64,000 bases of DNA from Promethearchaeota archaeon (GTDB lineage Archaea > Asgardarchaeota > Lokiarchaeia > Sigyniarchaeales > SOKP01). The translations under genes were made by a program, and so were the position numbers. The notes below the pieces were generated by a model, which was given only the letters and a program-made list of their open reading frames with translations, had not been told where the DNA came from and ran no database searches. The DNA lies in NCBI GenBank assembly GCA_004524725.1, contig SDNW01000002.1:4792-68791 (forward strand), given 5' to 3'. How positions within the stretch are numbered: position 1 is the stretch's first letter; each line of letters opens with the position of its first letter. Below, in pieces: positions 59,667-64,000 of this stretch.

Positions 59667-60968
59667 CTAATCTTCATCTAGCAACTTAAGATCTTCATTT
59701 GAAATCTGTTTCATCTCATCCTTAAGTTCATCATGGAGTCTAATAAACTCAGAAGTAAATGATAGAGGAGATTTGATTAATTCTGCTTTTATGGACTCAT
59801 AATCTTCCTCATCAGTAAAAATTTTTCGAAGTTTATTCTCTAATTCCAATGGGATCCTTAAATATCTTCCAGTTAAGAGAAGAGGTTGTTTTTTGCTCTC
59901 AATAATTTTGTAAGGAAAATTTGAAAAATATTTTTCAATCAATTCAAAAGCATTCTCATATTGAGAAGGATCAGTAATAGATTTTTTTAATTCACGCTCG
60001 AATTTTTTCTCAAAATCAGCAGTAAACTTAATTACAGAATCTCTTAACAATTTTGATGATTTTGATGACACCAATCCCACAGTAATACTTTTAGATTCTT
60101 TTAAAATTAATATACCCTCTTTTAAATTGATATCTAACAAACCTCCGATATTCATCACCTCTTCACTCATAAGTTGGACCGCATTTAGAAATCCTGTAAA
60201 TATTGTTTCATTCAATACAGATTCTGACCAATCGTGATAATACAGTGGCACGCCGTCCTTGTTTTTGACAACTATTCGGTATATAGTATAAGGTAAAATA
60301 TATAATAATTTAGGTTCTCGAATAACCACTAATGAAATTATCAAGGTACCTATTGCTATAGAAATATCACAAATAAGAATAAAAATTGGTTCAAATATGT
60401 ATAGAAGATAAAATAAAAAACCAAAAGGAAAAATTGTTAAAATACCAAGAAAGAAGATTAAAGCTTCCTTTTTAATTAAAAAGGGAGCATTTATCCAAGT
60501 TCGAACACCCCAATAAAATAAGTATAACATCGCAATACCCGTCAATACCATACCAAGTATGCCAAATAACCCTCCCCAAGCCACTCTTAAGTAACCTGAT
60601 TGAAATTCTATATAAACCGCACCAGGCAGGAATCCAGAATAAATTAATAAAGAGGATAAACCAGCTACTATAATAAGACCGTAAGAATATATATTTTCTT
60701 TCATTGTATAATTTAATCCAATTATTATGAACAATGTGGCAGGAATAATTAGAAGTCCACTAAGCAAACCTAAAATTTTATTTAAAAACAGAAAAGAAAG
60801 TCCATCAGTAAGAATAAAAACCCAAAAAAGAATAAATCCCAGCCGGATGAAAAACAATGATTTAATTTTCTTGGCTTTTGGACTATAATAAGTTATGATG
60901 GTAAGAATAATTCCAAAAATAGCTGTGATAAAATCTATAATTACTTCAATATTCCAATTTAATGCCAT
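59667..60968 (-). CDS. Polytopic membrane protein (about 8 TM) with cytoplasmic C-terminal longin/roadblock-like domain
   Basis: 433 aa. The N-terminal roughly 220 aa are hydrophobic helices. They are followed by YRIVVKNKDGVPLYYHDW...IFTGFLNAVQLMSEEVM...INLKEGILILKESKSITVGLVSSKSSKLLRDSVIKFTADFEKKF, which has the same beta-beta-alpha-beta-beta-alpha pattern as 37285..38088. Confidence 0.5.
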   Translation of the reverse strand: MALNWNIEVIIDFITAIFGIILTIITYYSPKAKKIKSLFFIRLGFILFWVFILTDGLSFLFLNKILGLLSGLLIIPATLFIIIGLNYTMKENIYSYGLIIVAGLSSLLIYSGFLPGAVYIEFQSGYLRVAWGGLFGILGMVLTGIAMLYLFYWGVRTWINAPFLIKKEALIFFLGILTIFPFGFLFYLLYIFEPIFILICDISIAIGTLIISLVVIREPKLLYILPYTIYRIVVKNKDGVPLYYHDWSESVLNETIFTGFLNAVQLMSEEVMNIGGLLDINLKEGILILKESKSITVGLVSSKSSKLLRDSVIKFTADFEKKFERELKKSITDPSQYENAFELIEKYFSNFPYKIIESKKQPLLLTGRYLRIPLELENKLRKIFTDEEDYESIKAELIKSPLSFTSEFIRLHDELKDEMKQISNEDLKLLDED

Positions 60969-60990
60969 GTTATCTTTACCTTTTAATTTA

Positions 60991-61719
60991 TTACTCTTTT
61001 TTTAATTTTGATGATTTTAAGATTTTGGACAAGAATTTCTTAACATTAGGATTAATAATTAATTGTTTCTCAGATTCTGGATTTGCTATAAGGATTTCAT
61101 AATCCATCAAATTATTAATCCGATAATAGACAATTTCCCGCTTTTCATTTACTTCTTTGTAAATTTCAGATTTGATTAGCAATTTTTTTTTAATCATTAG
61201 TTTTAAAATTTGAAAAATAATTGGATCTCTCATTAGAAAATAAAGTTTACCTAAATTCTCTTCCATTTTAAAAGGGAGAAATATTGAGTAATTGCCCACT
61301 TTCACTTTTTTAACGTAGTTAAACTTGATTAGCATTCCTAAATGCCATATAAGCTTTCCGGAACTAATACTTTTCCCTGAAATACTCTTTTTCCTAAGAT
61401 AAGAGAAATGAACTCCTGGGTTCGACAATATAAACTTATAAATTTTTTTTCGGAACCGATTTAAAAGGACGGTATCCTTTGAAAATTTAGAACCTTCAAT
61501 TAAGACTTTTTTATCTATTAAATAATGGATTATAAATAGGAGCCCTTTCCTTGGGATTTTTAATTCTTTCTTAGCAACATTATAGAGAGTTTCTATATTT
61601 AATACAATATTTTTCTCCATTAGGTTTTCTGCTATTTCTATAACCTTCCTTACAGTGGGGTGATCTAGTCCAATTGTTTTTCTTATTATCTCAGTCTTCA
61701 TCTTAGAATTTAAAACCAC
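60991..61719 (-). CDS. Multi-winged-helix protein (predicted wHTH transcriptional regulator, COG3398-like)
   Basis: 242 aa. The central unit KIYKFILSNPGVHFSYLRKK...SSGKLIWHLGMLIKFNYVKKVKVGNYSIFLP has a typical wHTH pattern. Further WH-like units lie N- and C-terminal to it. Confidence 0.5.
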   Translation of the reverse strand: MVLNSKMKTEIIRKTIGLDHPTVRKVIEIAENLMEKNIVLNIETLYNVAKKELKIPRKGLLFIIHYLIDKKVLIEGSKFSKDTVLLNRFRKKIYKFILSNPGVHFSYLRKKSISGKSISSGKLIWHLGMLIKFNYVKKVKVGNYSIFLPFKMEENLGKLYFLMRDPIIFQILKLMIKKKLLIKSEIYKEVNEKREIVYYRINNLMDYEILIANPESEKQLIINPNVKKFLSKILKSSKLKKE

Positions 61720-61958
61720 TATTAAATGTATTAATTAAATCAGCAGATTTATTGTTTTGAATCTCATTTTTAATGTTTGTAAAGTAAAAGAGAAAGTAAT
61801 ATATAATCACCTATTTGAATAAATCAACTTTTATAATATCCTATAATCTATTTCAGAAACTAAACTGCTTGAAAAAATAAAAAACTTTTTTCTTATACAA
61901 AATTTTACTTATCAATTATATATAGCTTTCTCTTATGACTCGAGTTTTTGTCATGATA

Positions 61959-62864
61959 CTAATCCAACTTTTGAATGACACATAAATAAAATCCTATTGT
62001 ATCTTGTAGATGGGGATAAAAACGTTGGGAAAATCTTAGATCATCCCTTAATTTTAATCCGAAAACTTTATTTAATCCATTAGCTCCGTAACCTTTAGAA
62101 ATTTTTGCTATCGAAAAATCTTTTAATTCATTTAAGACTTCATTAACAACTAATTCATTTTCTTCGGGAGCAATCGAACAAGTACTATATAAGAGCTGTC
62201 CCGAGGGTTTTAAGGAAAGCAAACCAGATTTTAATAATTGCTTTTGAATTATACTCAATTTTTTTAGATCATTTATACTTCTACTCTTTCTTCTAGTAGG
62301 ATCTTCGCGAATCAGTCCTTCCCCTGTACATGGAGCATCTAATAATATTTTATCAGCTTTGATGTTGTATTGATTCAATTTTATTGCGTCGAAATTTAAA
62401 ACTATTGAATTTGTTATGCCCAATCTACGAATATTCATTATTAGAGCAGGAATCCTTTTAGGATTCTTTTCAATTAAGATTAAGTTTCCTTGATCTTCCA
62501 TAATTTGTGCTAATTGAGTTGCTTTACTTCCTGGAGCAGCACACATGTCGATAACAAGGTCTCCCTTTTGAGGGTTTAAAATGGATACTGGCAACATTGA
62601 GGCAAGATTTTGCACATAGTAATATCCCAAAAGAAACTCATGAGTTGCACCAAGACTATAGGGTGATTTTAATATCTCAAATGCGTAAGATAACCATTTA
62701 TTAGCCTTTAATTTAAAACCCTTATTCTCAAGTCTGCTTTTCAAAATATTTGGTTCTATTTTTAAAGTATTTACACGAATATATGGTTTCAAAGGTTTTT
62801 CATTTGCTATTAAAAGTTGCTTAGTTTGCTCCAAACCTAAGAATTGAAAATATCTTTGTACCAT
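61959..62864 (-). CDS. NOL1/NOP2/Sun-family RNA (cytosine-C5)-methyltransferase
   Basis: 301 aa. SAM motif DMCAAPGSKAT. Catalytic Cys motifs LLDAPCTGEG and LLYSTCS. The upstream in-frame stretch (..DDIQKLAEKYGYLPY) looks like conserved N-terminal sequence but lacks a canonical start. Confidence 0.85.
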   Translation of the reverse strand: MVQRYFQFLGLEQTKQLLIANEKPLKPYIRVNTLKIEPNILKSRLENKGFKLKANKWLSYAFEILKSPYSLGATHEFLLGYYYVQNLASMLPVSILNPQKGDLVIDMCAAPGSKATQLAQIMEDQGNLILIEKNPKRIPALIMNIRRLGITNSIVLNFDAIKLNQYNIKADKILLDAPCTGEGLIREDPTRRKSRSINDLKKLSIIQKQLLKSGLLSLKPSGQLLYSTCSIAPEENELVVNEVLNELKDFSIAKISKGYGANGLNKVFGLKLRDDLRFSQRFYPHLQDTIGFYLCVIQKLD

Positions 62865-63007
62865 GTAAGGTAAATAACCATACTTCTCAGCTAATTTCTG
62901 TATATCATCTGAAAAATTAGAAATTTGTAATCAACCTAAATTATTTCTATAAATAGTTATTATAAGATACTAAATTATAATCATTACCATCAAAAAAGAA
63001 TATTATC

Positions 63008-63604
63008 TTGATAGAAGTAGAAGTTAAAATTCAGATTTCTGATCCCTTTTTTTTACGTAATAAATTTAAACAACTAGGGGGAATCTATAAATTATCACTA
63101 ATCCATGAAGATATATATTACAATATGCCTACAGGACTAAGAGATTTCGCTAAAACAGATGAGGCTTTGAGAATTCGAAGTTCCACGGAATATAAAAATG
63201 GAGAAAAAAACAAAACTGAAAAAAAAGTCTTTTACCTCACCTATAAAGGAAAAAAACTTGATCAAATTTCTAAGTCACGCCATGAAATTGAATTAAAACT
63301 TGAGAATGCTAATAGTATGAAAGAAATCCTTGCTAATTTAGGATTTCGAGAGATATTAACCGTGAAAAAAGAACGAGAATTGTATGAGTTCGAATATAAG
63401 GATAATAAAATTGAAGCTCTGCTTGATTATTTACCAGCTCTCAATAGTTACTTTTTGGAGGTAGAGTTAATTGCTCAATCTAGTGAAGAACTTTCTGAGA
63501 AACGGGACCAATTATTCCGATTTCTTTTGGAATTTGGATATACTCAAAAAGATTCAATTACAGAATCATATTTAGAATTAATTATTAAAAAATCTAAAAA
63601 ATAA
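63008..63604 (+). CDS. CYTH-domain triphosphate tunnel metalloenzyme (class IV adenylyl cyclase / thiamine triphosphatase-like)
   Basis: 198 aa. N-terminal ExExK motif (IEVEVKIQ). Later HEIELKL and EVELIA beta-strand acidic pattern. TTG start. Confidence 0.8.
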   Translation: MIEVEVKIQISDPFFLRNKFKQLGGIYKLSLIHEDIYYNMPTGLRDFAKTDEALRIRSSTEYKNGEKNKTEKKVFYLTYKGKKLDQISKSRHEIELKLENANSMKEILANLGFREILTVKKERELYEFEYKDNKIEALLDYLPALNSYFLEVELIAQSSEELSEKRDQLFRFLLEFGYTQKDSITESYLELIIKKSKK

Positions 63605-64000
63605 ATCAAGTATTTAAATTTTTATTTATCTTTTCTATTTGCTTATCCAGATTAAGTTTTACACGCTTAATGTCATAATTTTGGATAGTTAGGCTCATAT
63701 TTTGTTTTTGAATTGATTTATTATTAATCCCGACAACATTAATTAATTTAAGGAATTCATAATAACTCAAATCACATTCCATTTTTACATCCATCTTAAT
63801 TTCACAACTTAATATGACATTTTCAATTATTTTCTACAGATCATATCGATTTTCGTAATTATAAATAATTTGGAGTCCATTTTTTAAATAATACTATTCT
63901 TAATCTAAATCATTCACAATCAAGTTTAAAATCCCAAATCATAGCCAAATTATAAAATAAAGGATAAAAACTTAAGTCAGATTTTAATTTAAATACGATT

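Noticed and set aside
62865-62927. Apparent N-terminal extension of the NOL1/NOP2/Sun methyltransferase (in-frame LQISNFSDDIQKLAEKYGYLPY upstream of Met 62864)
   Set aside because: It looks like family-typical N-terminal sequence. However, the frame is closed by TGA 22 codons upstream and contains no ATG, GTG or TTG. I kept the annotated Met start. A non-canonical start (ATT) cannot be excluded.
63606-63794. 62-aa minus-strand ORF downstream of the CYTH gene
   Set aside because: There is no recognisable motif, the sequence is Asn/Lys/Ile-rich, and it sits at the window edge. It could be real, but the sequence alone does not support it.

Overview
This is an AT-rich stretch of archaeal chromosome, roughly 30% GC by eye (not computed). 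It is densely packed, with about 55 credible genes on both strands. I saw no rRNA, CRISPR array, transposase or integrase.

Lineage. Archaeal markers are ribosomal proteins S15P/S13e and S3Ae, archaeal-type PGK, an intron-containing tRNA and oligo-T terminators. A eukaryote-like ESCRT module and several longin-type domain proteins occur alongside them. Together these point to an Asgard (Lokiarchaeia-like) genome. That placement is inference from gene content.

Main items:
1. An ESCRT locus at about 55.1-58.9 kb: ESCRT-III (Snf7 family), Vps4 (MIT + AAA), Vps25-like and Vps22/EAP30-like. A membrane-anchored longin-like protein lies next to it.
2. A thioredoxin-fold redoxin gene (54506-54994) interrupted by one in-frame TGA exactly at the first redox Cys position (U-P-Y-C). 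This makes it a selenoprotein candidate.
3. A five-gene co-directional cluster (11.8-27.8 kb): one MacB/FtsE-type ABC ATPase, two roughly 990-aa double-FtsX permeases, a 1323-aa membrane-anchored surface protein, and a roughly 1590-aa membrane-anchored S8 subtilase with a cytoplasmic double zinc-ribbon tail.
4. A nickel locus with NikR, LarC and LarB.
5. tRNA-Val(GAC) with a roughly 22-nt insertion at a non-canonical position, and tRNA-Gly(GCC).
6. Bacterial or eukaryote-flavoured genes: GH2 beta-galactosidase, RNase III, tandem GDPD paralogs, an LRR protein, and NIPA-like, tocopherol-cyclase-like and AP-sigma-like longin proteins.

All functional calls come from motif and pattern recognition by eye. 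No database search was run.
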